From Spirochaetota bacterium (GTDB taxonomy: Bacteria; Spirochaetota; UBA4802; UBA5550): a stretch of 35,569 bases of DNA. Location: the NCBI GenBank assembly GCA_050298055.1, contig JBNKTL010000051.1, forward strand, positions 1-35,569, in the 5' to 3' direction. The notes under the pieces are model-generated. The model was given only the letters and a program-made list of their open reading frames with translations. It did no database searches and was not told where the DNA came from. Made by a program: the position numbers and the translations under genes. Positions 24,586 through 33,688 of the stretch are shown piece by piece; position 1 is the first letter of the stretch; each line of letters opens with the position of its first letter.

Positions 24586-27500
24586 ATGACAAAAAGCGAT
24601 CTTCACAGTTCCATACAGAGCGTTATCAATGACGAAAAGCCAACGGTAAGAAAGTCCATCGTTATCGGGGTGGGCGGTTCCGGGATGAAGGGTGTCCTGG
24701 CGGCAAAAAGCTGGATAGAATCCAATATCCCCAACGAAGCGCACAGGTACATGAGATGGGTGGGTATCGATACCACCGATATAGAGACAAGCATCGAAGG
24801 AAAGGGAGGACGGTACAGGTTCCCCTCGGACCAGTTCTTCCAGGAGGAGAGAAGGATGCTCTACCTCTCATCTCCCACGCCCCCCACCCTGTCACTGGAG
24901 TTCCTTCGTGAAAAGCATAATACCGATCCCTGTTTCAGCTGGCTTCCCAACCCCGACGTCTACGATATATCCACCCGGGCGGGCCAGGGGGCAAACCAGA
25001 CACGGCCCCTGGGACGGCTTGCTTTCTTCTATAACGAGCAGAAGATCAGGCAGGCCATCATCGCCGAAAGGGACAGGCTGGGAGAACTCACCGACGATCC
25101 CAAGTACTTCCAGCTCATGGACGTCAAGGAGGGAGATGATAAGAGGGACGAGACCATCCCCTTCCGCATGGAGAGGGGGGTCAACAGGTACTATTTCAGC
25201 GAAAAGATCCCCGCGGACCACGATATCGTAAAAATAGAGCCGGACAGTCCCACCCGGGCAATCCTTCTCCCCCATGTAAAGGGGAATATCGGCATAGAAT
25301 CGTTCCCGAAAGATAATAAGGGTTACTACTTCGAGGTCAGCGGGTCAAAGTTCGCGGGCAAAGACTTCAACTTCAGGATAAGGCACTTCAAGAGGAGGGG
25401 GCAGATATCCATCTTCATCACCTGCTCCATCGTCGGGGGTACCGGTAACGGAATGATACTGGACCTCACCGCCATGGTCAAGGACATCTTTAAAGATTAC
25501 TGGCCGGCGCCGAGAATTTACGGAATACTGGTCCTCCCCTCGGCATTTAAGCGGGTCGTCTATAACCAGAACGCCCGGGCCAACGCCTATGCCGCCCTCA
25601 AGGAGATAGACTACTTCATGAGCGGCAATACCTTCAGGGCGCAGTACCCTTCGGGAAGAAAGGTAGAGGTCCCCGACAGGCTCTTCGACGACGGGATGCT
25701 CTATCTCCTGGACGTAGAGAACATGGCGGGCAACTCCCTGCAGGGCCGCAACCAGGTCCAGGAGCTCACCGGACAGTTCATCGCAACCTTTGTGGCCTCA
25801 ACCGTGGGCGGCGCCATCGAGGAGAGGATGGTCAACGACTCCACCCGGGCCTCCGTCTACCTTCCCCGGGAGGAGCTCTCCAAGAGAAAGGCGGCGTACA
25901 ACTCATTCGGGATATCCAGGGTGATCTACCCGGTCCCGCAGCTGACCTCCATCGGCTACAAGCTCACGGCCATAAAGATGATCGAGGCCTTCTACAAGCC
26001 CGTTGACGCGCGGCTCCTCATGGAGACACTGGGGGACATCAACAGGGGGCTGGTCAGGGGGCTCCGCCTCAACTGCAGGCTCATATTCGAAAGAATGTAT
26101 CCCGACTACAAGATGGACATGGAGGTGGAACTCCGCTCCACCCGGAAAAAGCTCGAGTCCGCCGTGGGGAAGGGCGACACCCGGGGAGTGACCATGGTCC
26201 TTGAGAACGTGCTCAGGGACTACGGCAAGGAGGAGATGGAGAAGATCAAGAAAAACTTCCTCATCCGCATGGAGAAGAGATACACCCTTGAAATTGAAAA
26301 GATGAAGACGGTGCTGGTCACCGAAATCCATAATTACATAAAGGACCCCAACAAGGGGTTCCTCTTTGCCGACGCGGTAATCGACCTTCTCCTGGAAAAG
26401 CTTGAGCTCTACCAGAAGAAGTACTACAAGGAGAGGGTGGCCCTTGCCCGGTACTCCACCGAGGAGATGGAGAAGATCATTGAGAACATAGAAGCAAAGG
26501 GGATCGGCGACGGGGAGCTGAACACGGCCGTGATCGAGATGGCCGATTTCAACTTCGCCCAGCAGGTCTACGAGTCCATGCTCACCTCGGCAGAGTCCTT
26601 TACCCGGGAGTTCAAGGCGGTCCTTTTTGACCTGAAGAACAGCGAGGTTGACCTCTTAAAGGACAAGGTCAGCGCGCTCCTTGACCAGCTGAAGCAGGAC
26701 GTGGAGAACGACAAGTTTAACCTTCTGGAGAAGAAGAACCCCCTCTACTTCTACCTGCTCAACATCAATGAGCTGAAAGGTTTTCTCAACAAGTACTTCT
26801 ACACGAAACTCTCCGTTGAAGACCTCTGCAACGACGTGGACTTTGTGACCATGGACAGGGAAGATGACAAGATGCAGTTCATCGAGACCTATCTCATCTC
26901 CACCGAGGGCCTGGCGGTCATGGAGAAGAGCGCCGGCGAGATGAAGGAGATCATCAACGACAGGTTCGGGAACCTCCTGGAGAAGCCCCTGGAGGAACTG
27001 AAAAAGGTCCTCTACGGAGACGAGGTCACCATGGAGGACGGCCTGAACCTCAGCGAGAGCACTATCCTCAAGATCGACATCGAGAAGATCAAGAAGAAGA
27101 TCTTCAAGATCATCCACGAGAGGTTCGAGGGATTTAACTTTGAGAACCTCTCCATCAAGCAGATCCTGGATGAGAAGAAGATCCCCGTGAGGAAACTCCT
27201 GGAGAAGCTGGACACCTATTCCCGTCCCTATATCTACGCGGAGACGACCGGCATCAGCGGCATGGAGTACTACCGGACGGTGACCAACTTCAAGCTCAAC
27301 ACCTACGAGACCGGGGACGATCCGGAGAAGAGCGACCCCAACGACCTTCCCGAGAGGATGGACCACTACAAGAAGAGGGAATCGGCTCTTCCCAATATCA
27401 GCATCGAGACATTCGAGGTCCCCAACCTCTGCAAGCCCTACGAAATCATATCCATCGGGATACTTCTGGGTATTCCCATATTCAAGATAAACTCACTGGA

Positions 27501-28416
27501 GGACTCGGCCCGGGACTATCACCATCTCATGGCGGAGAAGAGCCATCCCCTGCATCTTTTCAACCATCCCACGTTTGACGCGAAATACTTTCCCGACCCC
27601 TTCAGGCTGAAGAACTATCTCAACCCGGCGCGGCTTTTCTCGGGGATGGTCATGCTCAAGCTCCTTGAAAAGAAGGAGGACGGATATCACTACGAGCCCT
27701 TCCTTTCCGCCGCCCTCAAGGACATCGAGGCCCGGGAGAACTACAAGAAGGTGATCCTGGGAATTGAGAAGAGGATCATGGATGAGGGAGGATACGAGGC
27801 CCTCTCCATAGACGGCATGGCAGATGCCGTTAACGGCCTGGGAATGATGGCCAAGAACCCCTCCAGCGGAAAGCTCCAGTTCCGAAGGGAGTACTCCCTG
27901 GTGATCCGGGACATCCTGGACGGGGACGGCACCGGGGACAAGGCAAAGGCCCAGAACATGAGCAAGGACATGTATATCGAAAAGTTCATCAAGGCCCCCA
28001 ACTTCGGGAACACGGGGGAGCTGGTCTTCTTCCTGGAGAACCAGTTCAGTGTCCGGGAGTTCCTTCTGGCATCCATAAAGCAGACCATCGAGAAAACGAA
28101 AGGGACCGCCAGTGCCGGGGCCGATATCAGGCTCCCCAAGTGGAAGGTCGACCAGGTGAAGCTGCCGGTCTTTAAGGACAGGCACGGGTTCTACGACTAC
28201 TTCGAGTCACGGGGCTCCCTGGAGTGGCAGAATCTCCTGAAAGAGCGCCTCTTCCAGAAGCTTAACGCCTTTGTGAGGTCGTCAAAGTTCCGGCTGGAGA
28301 GCGACCCCACCCTCCTTGACAGAACCAGGGCGGGGAACTTCCTCACCTCCCTGGACCAGAAGGTCCCGGAGATCGTCCTCTGGGAAGTAAAGGCAGAGAA
28401 CAAGATCATCAAATAA
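24586..28416 (+). CDS. Tubulin/FtsZ-like GTPase (Tubulin_2 / FtsZl1-type) with ~800-aa helical/coiled-coil C-terminal region
   Basis: IGVGGSG (T1), GIDT (T2), GANQTRPLGRLA (T3), SIVGGTGNG (T4 signature), ANAYAALKEID, YNSFG; then Glu/Lys/Leu-rich helices. Confidence 0.9.
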   Translation: MTKSDLHSSIQSVINDEKPTVRKSIVIGVGGSGMKGVLAAKSWIESNIPNEAHRYMRWVGIDTTDIETSIEGKGGRYRFPSDQFFQEERRMLYLSSPTPPTLSLEFLREKHNTDPCFSWLPNPDVYDISTRAGQGANQTRPLGRLAFFYNEQKIRQAIIAERDRLGELTDDPKYFQLMDVKEGDDKRDETIPFRMERGVNRYYFSEKIPADHDIVKIEPDSPTRAILLPHVKGNIGIESFPKDNKGYYFEVSGSKFAGKDFNFRIRHFKRRGQISIFITCSIVGGTGNGMILDLTAMVKDIFKDYWPAPRIYGILVLPSAFKRVVYNQNARANAYAALKEIDYFMSGNTFRAQYPSGRKVEVPDRLFDDGMLYLLDVENMAGNSLQGRNQVQELTGQFIATFVASTVGGAIEERMVNDSTRASVYLPREELSKRKAAYNSFGISRVIYPVPQLTSIGYKLTAIKMIEAFYKPVDARLLMETLGDINRGLVRGLRLNCRLIFERMYPDYKMDMEVELRSTRKKLESAVGKGDTRGVTMVLENVLRDYGKEEMEKIKKNFLIRMEKRYTLEIEKMKTVLVTEIHNYIKDPNKGFLFADAVIDLLLEKLELYQKKYYKERVALARYSTEEMEKIIENIEAKGIGDGELNTAVIEMADFNFAQQVYESMLTSAESFTREFKAVLFDLKNSEVDLLKDKVSALLDQLKQDVENDKFNLLEKKNPLYFYLLNINELKGFLNKYFYTKLSVEDLCNDVDFVTMDREDDKMQFIETYLISTEGLAVMEKSAGEMKEIINDRFGNLLEKPLEELKKVLYGDEVTMEDGLNLSESTILKIDIEKIKKKIFKIIHERFEGFNFENLSIKQILDEKKIPVRKLLEKLDTYSRPYIYAETTGISGMEYYRTVTNFKLNTYETGDDPEKSDPNDLPERMDHYKKRESALPNISIETFEVPNLCKPYEIISIGILLGIPIFKINSLEDSARDYHHLMAEKSHPLHLFNHPTFDAKYFPDPFRLKNYLNPARLFSGMVMLKLLEKKEDGYHYEPFLSAALKDIEARENYKKVILGIEKRIMDEGGYEALSIDGMADAVNGLGMMAKNPSSGKLQFRREYSLVIRDILDGDGTGDKAKAQNMSKDMYIEKFIKAPNFGNTGELVFFLENQFSVREFLLASIKQTIEKTKGTASAGADIRLPKWKVDQVKLPVFKDRHGFYDYFESRGSLEWQNLLKERLFQKLNAFVRSSKFRLESDPTLLDRTRAGNFLTSLDQKVPEIVLWEVKAENKIIK

Positions 28417-29082
28417 ATGGAAGAACTGCTGGGCCACATCATCAATTATCTCATGCCCCGGGATAATTCCTTTCTCTACATCTTCCTCTTCCTGAGCGCC
28501 GTTGTGGAGAACCTCTTTCCCCCCATTCCCGGTGACACCATCACCGCCTTCGGGGCTTTCCTGGTGGGCACCGGGAGGCTCGACTACACCCTGGTTTACA
28601 TTGCCACCACAACAGGAAGCGTTGCGGGGTTCATGTCCCTCTTTCTCCTGGGGAAACTCCTGGGGAAGAAGTTCTTCGTGGAGAAGAACTACAAGTTCTT
28701 CTCAGCCGAGAGCATCCACGCGGCGGAAGGGTGGTTTCAGAAGTACGGTTACTTTGTTGTCCTGGGGAACAGGTTCCTGCCGGGGATCCGTTCGGTGATA
28801 TCCATTGTTTCCGGGATATCCCGGCTGGGTAACCTCAAGGTCCTCATCTTTTCAATGGTCAGCGCCGCGGTCTGGAACATCATCTGGATCCATACGGGGT
28901 ATCTATTGGGGAACAACTGGGAGGTCGTGAAGGAGAAGATGAGTAGTATCTTGGCTACTTATAATATTGGAGTGGGGATTGTTCTGGTTTTGGTTGTGGG
29001 GGGATATGTTATATTCAGGTATATTAAGAAAAAGAGAAGAGTGGCCACAGAGGCACAGAGGCACGGAGAAGAGGGAGAGTAA
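28417..29082 (+). CDS. dedA: DedA family (SNARE-associated/VTT domain) membrane protein
   Basis: ENLFPPIPGD, GNRFLPGIRSVIS..G; starts on the base directly after the tubulin-like stop codon. Confidence 0.93.
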   Translation: MEELLGHIINYLMPRDNSFLYIFLFLSAVVENLFPPIPGDTITAFGAFLVGTGRLDYTLVYIATTTGSVAGFMSLFLLGKLLGKKFFVEKNYKFFSAESIHAAEGWFQKYGYFVVLGNRFLPGIRSVISIVSGISRLGNLKVLIFSMVSAAVWNIIWIHTGYLLGNNWEVVKEKMSSILATYNIGVGIVLVLVVGGYVIFRYIKKKRRVATEAQRHGEEGE

Positions 29083-29157
29083 GTTTCGAGTTCCGAGTTC
29101 CGAGTTGAAGAGGGAGAATTTTTCAATGTTAAATGTTTGATGTTGAATTTTAAATTG
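29044..29157. repeat. Short degenerate tandem repeats (8-mer GCACAGAG; heptamers CGAGTTC and AATGTTN)
   Basis: gccacagag gcacagag gcacggag; tcgagt tccgagt tccgagt tg; aatgtta aatgttt gatgttg aatttta. Confidence 0.7.
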
Positions 29158-29372
29158 ATGAGAAGATTTTTAGGGTCGCAGATGCACGCGGATAGATAAT
29201 GATCCCAATTTCTTAGACTTTCTCAAAATATTAGATATCCGGTTAAGTAATTTTTGACTAGAAGTAATTTTCATAAAAAATACATTATTTTATAATTAGA
29301 TTAATACATTATATACAATAAGGTATTTTGATTACTTAATAATATCATATCAATGTACAATTGAGAATAATT

Positions 29373-30380
29373 ATGATTGATCAAAAAACAGTTTTTATTT
29401 TAGGTGCTGGTGCCAGTAAACCATATGGTTATCCTACAGGTGATGAATTAAGAGATTATATTTGTCAGAGGTTTCATGGAATAACACAGAATAATTCATA
29501 TATAGATTTTAGTAATTTTAATGGAAATATCAAAGAAGAGGCAAAAAAGCTATCTAGCACTTTTTTTAAATCAAGCACAAAATCGATAGATTTATTTATA
29601 TCAAGAAGAAATGATTTCTCGCAAATAGGTAAAGTTGCAATTGCATGTAATATCCTAGAAGCAGAAAAAAAAAGTAAATTTCGTGAGCTTTCATTTAGTA
29701 GAGATCAGGATTGGTATTCATATCTTTATGATAGAATGACAAAGAGATTAACTAAACATAGTCACTATAAAGATTTTAAGAAGAATAATGTTTCTTTTAT
29801 TTCATTTAATTATGATAGATCTTTTGAATATTTCTTATTTGAAAGTTTTGCTTACTCATTTGATTTTAAATATGATATTAATTTCTTAAAAGATCAACAA
29901 AGTGAAGAGAATTATACTTACAAACAATTAATACCATTTGAAATAATTCATGTATACGGAAAAATAGCACATTTACCAGGTGAAGAAAATGATGATAACA
30001 AAAAAGAACTAGAATATCAAGCAACTCAAAATGTTGCCAAAAAGATCGATGTTATGAATTTTACAGATAATATCAGAGTTATTTTTGAAAGAACAGACGA
30101 AGATATTAACAAAATAAAGGAGCTAATAAAAAATGCGGAACAGATTTTCTTTCTTGGTTTTGGGTTTGCAGATGAAAACTTAGAAGTATTAGATATCCCA
30201 GATATATTAAATGAAAAGCAAACTATTTATGGAACAGCATACAATTATACAGAAAGAGAAATAGATGATATTTTATTTATGTTTAGTCAAAATAAAAAAT
30301 TAGAACCATATATTCGTGAAAGATTAAAAGTTTATATTGAGAATAAAGATAGTTTGGAATTGTTAAAAAAGTACTTATAA
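29373..30380 (+). CDS. SIR2-like domain protein (SIR2_2/AbiH-like), candidate anti-phage NADase
   Basis: VFILGAGAS..YGYP, FISFNYD, IIHVYG, FFLGFGF.DEN; markedly AT-rich. The likely start is ATG 29373; the ORF track starts at TTG 29361. Confidence 0.8.
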   Translation: MIDQKTVFILGAGASKPYGYPTGDELRDYICQRFHGITQNNSYIDFSNFNGNIKEEAKKLSSTFFKSSTKSIDLFISRRNDFSQIGKVAIACNILEAEKKSKFRELSFSRDQDWYSYLYDRMTKRLTKHSHYKDFKKNNVSFISFNYDRSFEYFLFESFAYSFDFKYDINFLKDQQSEENYTYKQLIPFEIIHVYGKIAHLPGEENDDNKKELEYQATQNVAKKIDVMNFTDNIRVIFERTDEDINKIKELIKNAEQIFFLGFGFADENLEVLDIPDILNEKQTIYGTAYNYTEREIDDILFMFSQNKKLEPYIRERLKVYIENKDSLELLKKYL

Positions 30381-30421
30381 TTAAAAGTACTAAAGTATAT
30401 TCACTTCTTTAACCAGGAATA

Positions 30422-30634
30422 TTATTTTACCGGAGTAAGACGATAAACTTTCCCCATTCTGCCGGCGGATTCAAAATCTTCCCGGCGAAGTGCTTCTCTT
30501 ACGTCATCCAGTTTCTCAGCATCTTCAAGGGATAGATACGGTGACCAGCCTTCGTCTGTTTCAAGAAGTTCAATTTCGACTTCAGCCACATAATTTCCTT
30601 CATGGACAAGTTTTACATGATCTCTTTTATTCAT
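30422..30634 (-). CDS. Small acidic protein, putative antitoxin partner of the DUF4258 protein
   Basis: KLVHEGNYVAEVEIEL...WSPYLSLEDAEKLDDVREAL; ATGA overlap with the upstream gene. Confidence 0.75.
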   Translation of the reverse strand: MNKRDHVKLVHEGNYVAEVEIELLETDEGWSPYLSLEDAEKLDDVREALRREDFESAGRMGKVYRLTPVK

Positions 30635-30954
30635 TTTCTTTTTTCCATAAAATCATCCGACCAGAGTAAATGGTCAGGTTTATAAGCTGTTACCAGGACA
30701 GCCGGTGAAGATGTTCCCTTTGGAATTCCCCACACCACATGGATGGGATTGCCAATCTTGTCTTCTTGTAAAACGAGAACACATGGACCTTTTGAATAAT
30801 CAGGATAGTCTTTGATAACTTTTCCTTTATTTACTCCTGTCATTATATCTTTTACCAGTAGGCCGTCTTCAGCCAGTTCATCATATCCATGATTGGATAT
30901 GATGATTTCGCCTCTCTCAATGAGTTCAATGACTTTCTTAAATGTATCACTCAC
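30631..30954 (-). CDS. DUF4258 domain protein (putative toxin)
   Basis: ISNHGYDE, IKDYPD...PCVLVL, PIHVVW, LVTAYKPD...W; GTG start. Confidence 0.85.
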   Translation of the reverse strand: MSDTFKKVIELIERGEIIISNHGYDELAEDGLLVKDIMTGVNKGKVIKDYPDYSKGPCVLVLQEDKIGNPIHVVWGIPKGTSSPAVLVTAYKPDHLLWSDDFMEKRK

Positions 30955-31120
30955 AGTTAATAATAAATATGTATAATAGAAATGACAAGAAAAAATATTA
31001 AATTTCAGCGAAGAAATTGTGCAATAACCCTTTCCCCACGACTTGTCAATTTAAATAATTATTCGGGCAAATACACATCCCGGAATAGATCTTCTTCATT
31101 TTGTTATTCTAAAATTTCCC

Positions 31121-31290
31121 TTATCCAACCACCAGCTCACAAACAAGCCATTGTTCTGTTTCGCCCTTTAGCGTCCATACCCGGGATTTTTCAATCTTCT
31201 CTTTCGTCGTCTGCCGTGGCTGATGGCCGTCCTCTATGATCAGCCTGCCGTTCTCTTTTATGATCCTGTGAAGTTCCCGGAGCATTACGG
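31121..31290 (-). pseudogene. C-terminal fragment of a class I SAM-dependent methyltransferase
   Basis: LRELHRIIKENGRLIIEDGH is a typical methyltransferase C-terminal motif; no N-terminal SAM-binding motif upstream. Confidence 0.6.
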
Positions 31291-31761
31291 GGTCGCCATA
31301 GGAAGTTTTTACACCTACTTTGAAGATAAGCATGAACTGATGATGACCATTTTTCAGGAATATCATGGCAGAATAAAAGAGGTCATCAAGGTAATCACAA
31401 TCGATGAATATCTGAAAAAAGGAGATGTGAAAGGATTTGTTGAGCACCTTATTGAAAAACTCATGGAGGCCCATAATGTTTCCCCGAAACTGCATCAGGA
31501 AATAGAAGCAATGAAACATTCCGATGAGGACATTAAAAAATGATGACTCAGGTACAAAAGGATTCACTGGAATTTACCCGGCAAACACTTTCCCTGTGGA
31601 AGAACAAACTGAGAATAAAAAACACGGATGTTTCCTCGATTATCATTAACAAAACCATAGAAGAAACTGTCCATGAAATAAAATTTTCCGCCCAGCCATA
31701 CCCGCAGGAAATCCTGCTGACCGAACTTACCGACATGATTTATCGGTATCTGGCAAAATAA
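31289..31761 (+). pseudogene. TetR/AcrR family regulator, N-terminally deleted and frameshifted
   Basis: Begins mid-HTH (GVAIGSFYTYFEDKHEL). A frameshift in the A6 run at 31535-31540 splits it into ORFs 31223..31543 and 31540..31761. Confidence 0.8.
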
Positions 31762-31859
31762 AATGCAATGGTCCGGACATTGAAAATTATCCGGACCGTT
31801 CCAGGTCTGGCAGCTTCACTGAATTCGAGGTAGATCTGAATTTATTAAAATATAATAAC

Positions 31860-32501
31860 CTATTGGCTTCTCATATCCAATTTTTTCAGTCTCATATGCG
31901 TATTATCTAATTGTAAAGGCAAATACTCATTCTTTAAATCTGAGAGGAGAATAGCAGACTCGGGTTTACTCTTGACATAGATAAAAATAAATCCGTATTC
32001 ATACTTCCATTTTAAATCCATTTTTTTATAGCTGCTGTTATTTACTAAAAGAATTTCCCCGTTACTTTTAAATTCAAATAATATTTTTTTTTGTAATTTG
32101 ACTTTAATATTTCCCTCAAGACCATAAACAGTTTCCCACAAACCAAAGAGTCCGGATATGTCATGATTTCCGGAAGAAATACGTTTATATTTTATAATTT
32201 TATTGAATCGGTCAGAAAGGACTAAATTTTTATTATCAATTGTATTAATAATAAACCGGGATCCATGAATAATTAAAGTCTTTTTACTCTCCCGTTGCCA
32301 TTTTGTCTTTTTCAATTTATTGCACGAAATATTATATGCATTATTGTCTTTTGCCAGAATGATATAAGTTTGATCTGCACACCTTTTCTGATCTTCAGGC
32401 CGGTTCTCCATTTGCCAGACACCGGCAATTTGACTTGTAACAGCATTACAGGAGATGAATATAATTGAAATAGATACTGATAAAATGATCTTTCGTTTCA
32501 T
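31860..32501 (-). CDS. Lipoprotein with two lipocalin-like (GxW) repeats
   Basis: MKRKIILSVSISIIFISC lipobox; IAGVWQ and LFGLWE repeats. Confidence 0.7.
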   Translation of the reverse strand: MKRKIILSVSISIIFISCNAVTSQIAGVWQMENRPEDQKRCADQTYIILAKDNNAYNISCNKLKKTKWQRESKKTLIIHGSRFIINTIDNKNLVLSDRFNKIIKYKRISSGNHDISGLFGLWETVYGLEGNIKVKLQKKILFEFKSNGEILLVNNSSYKKMDLKWKYEYGFIFIYVKSKPESAILLSDLKNEYLPLQLDNTHMRLKKLDMRSQ

Positions 32502-32519
32502 ACCGGGTGAAATCCTCTT

Positions 32520-33332
32520 TCAGGGTCCGCAGACACAACCCGGCACATTTCTCTGCAAGTAAAAATAATAGGGGTCAGAGCTGAAATTATCCGGCTTAAT
32601 CTGAAAGATCAATGTACTGTTTTTTTTGTTAAATTCGGTACTTGCCCGGAAAGGACTTTTGATAAACCTGCCTTTCCCTTTTTGGCCCGTGTCAATACTG
32701 CATGTTCCCTGCATCTCCAGGTTGTGAAACATTTTATTATATTTCCAGGTCCCCTGGCAGAAGATATCCTCTCCCGTAATGGTTTCAGCCAGCATTGATC
32801 CGTTGTACAGGACTTTCAGGCAGGCGAAATTACCGGGACTTTCGGTAACATCTCTCCAGCATCCCACGTAGGTATACTTTCCCTTCTGCTGTTTCGATTC
32901 ATACCGGGCAATGAGGTCCTTATATTCCTTATTGTTTCTCAGGTCCTTCAGGTCACTGTCCTTCTTTGCCCAGACAAGGACGGTGGCCGGGTTCTTTTTA
33001 AACGCCAGTTCCAGGTATCCCAGGGCAATGGTATACTTCTTCTGGAGAGCCGTGGCGCAGGCGAGATTAAAGAAAGGCTTCTCCCAGGAACTGTCCAGTC
33101 TTGCCGCCCGGTAGAAGAGCTTTTCCGATTTTTTGTAGTCTTTCGATTTGTGTGCTTTCAGGGCTTCCTTATTTAATTTTTCCGCCCTGCTCCTGTTTTT
33201 TGTTTTTGAGGTGTATTCAAATAACCCGTAATACATCTCCCGTGATGATTCGTCTTCCCGGGCATGGGAGAGAGAAAAGGTGAAGATAATGACCGATAGA
33301 ACTGCCGCTGTGATGATTCTCAACTTTATCAT
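32520..33332 (-). CDS. Exported TPR-containing protein
   Basis: Likely start ATG 33332 after GGGAGG; signal peptide; FNLACATALQ..ALGYLELAF and AKKDSDLKDLR TPR-end motif; Cys-containing beta C-terminal domain. Confidence 0.8.
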   Translation of the reverse strand: MIKLRIITAAVLSVIIFTFSLSHAREDESSREMYYGLFEYTSKTKNRSRAEKLNKEALKAHKSKDYKKSEKLFYRAARLDSSWEKPFFNLACATALQKKYTIALGYLELAFKKNPATVLVWAKKDSDLKDLRNNKEYKDLIARYESKQQKGKYTYVGCWRDVTESPGNFACLKVLYNGSMLAETITGEDIFCQGTWKYNKMFHNLEMQGTCSIDTGQKGKGRFIKSPFRASTEFNKKNSTLIFQIKPDNFSSDPYYFYLQRNVPGCVCGP

Positions 33333-33382
33333 AATATCCTCCCGGGACTTTCTCACCTGACAGATTACGATCCCGGGAAGGA

Positions 33383-33660
33383 TCATTCGCCGGGAACTTC
33401 TTCTGCCGGTCTTTCAAAAACAGCAGCAATGCTTTTCTCTTCCCTGAAGCGGATACAGCCGGTGGGGCAGATGCTCATACAGGCGGGCTTTTTGCCCTCT
33501 TCCAGGCGCCCGATACAGAGATCGCATTGAATGGCCGTCTTGTTTTTATCATCGACCTGCATGGCACCGAAGGGGCTTGCCTCCAGGCAGTCCCGGCACC
33601 CGATGCAGGGATCCTCGTCAATAAAAAGATTTGCCACAGGTCACACATAAAGCATACGAC
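33383..33660 (-). pseudogene. Degraded 4Fe-4S dicluster (DmsB/NrfC-like) ferredoxin subunit
   Basis: CIGCRDCLEASPFG (Cys to Ser), CDLC, PACMSICPTG. An upstream PVVCFMCD remnant lies in another frame and the N-terminal half is missing. Confidence 0.7.
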
Positions 33661-33688
33661 AGGATTAAGTCAGTACGGGTTGAAGTCT

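Noticed and set aside
22331..28185. Long antisense ORFs (e.g. 22331..23173, 26656..27366, 27493..28185)
   Set aside because: These are shadow ORFs expected opposite GC3-rich genes, with no motifs or RBS.
24586..28416. Calling the gene ftsZ or a eukaryote-like tubulin (btubA/B)
   Set aside because: It is far too long, has Tubulin_2-type motifs (GAxQxRxxGR, NAYAALKE), lacks a recognisable FtsZ T7 loop and C-terminal peptide, and is not in a dcw cluster.
31121..31567. The 148-aa minus-strand ORF as an intact gene
   Set aside because: Its N-terminal ~90 aa are the antisense of the TetR remnant; only the last ~55 aa look like real protein.
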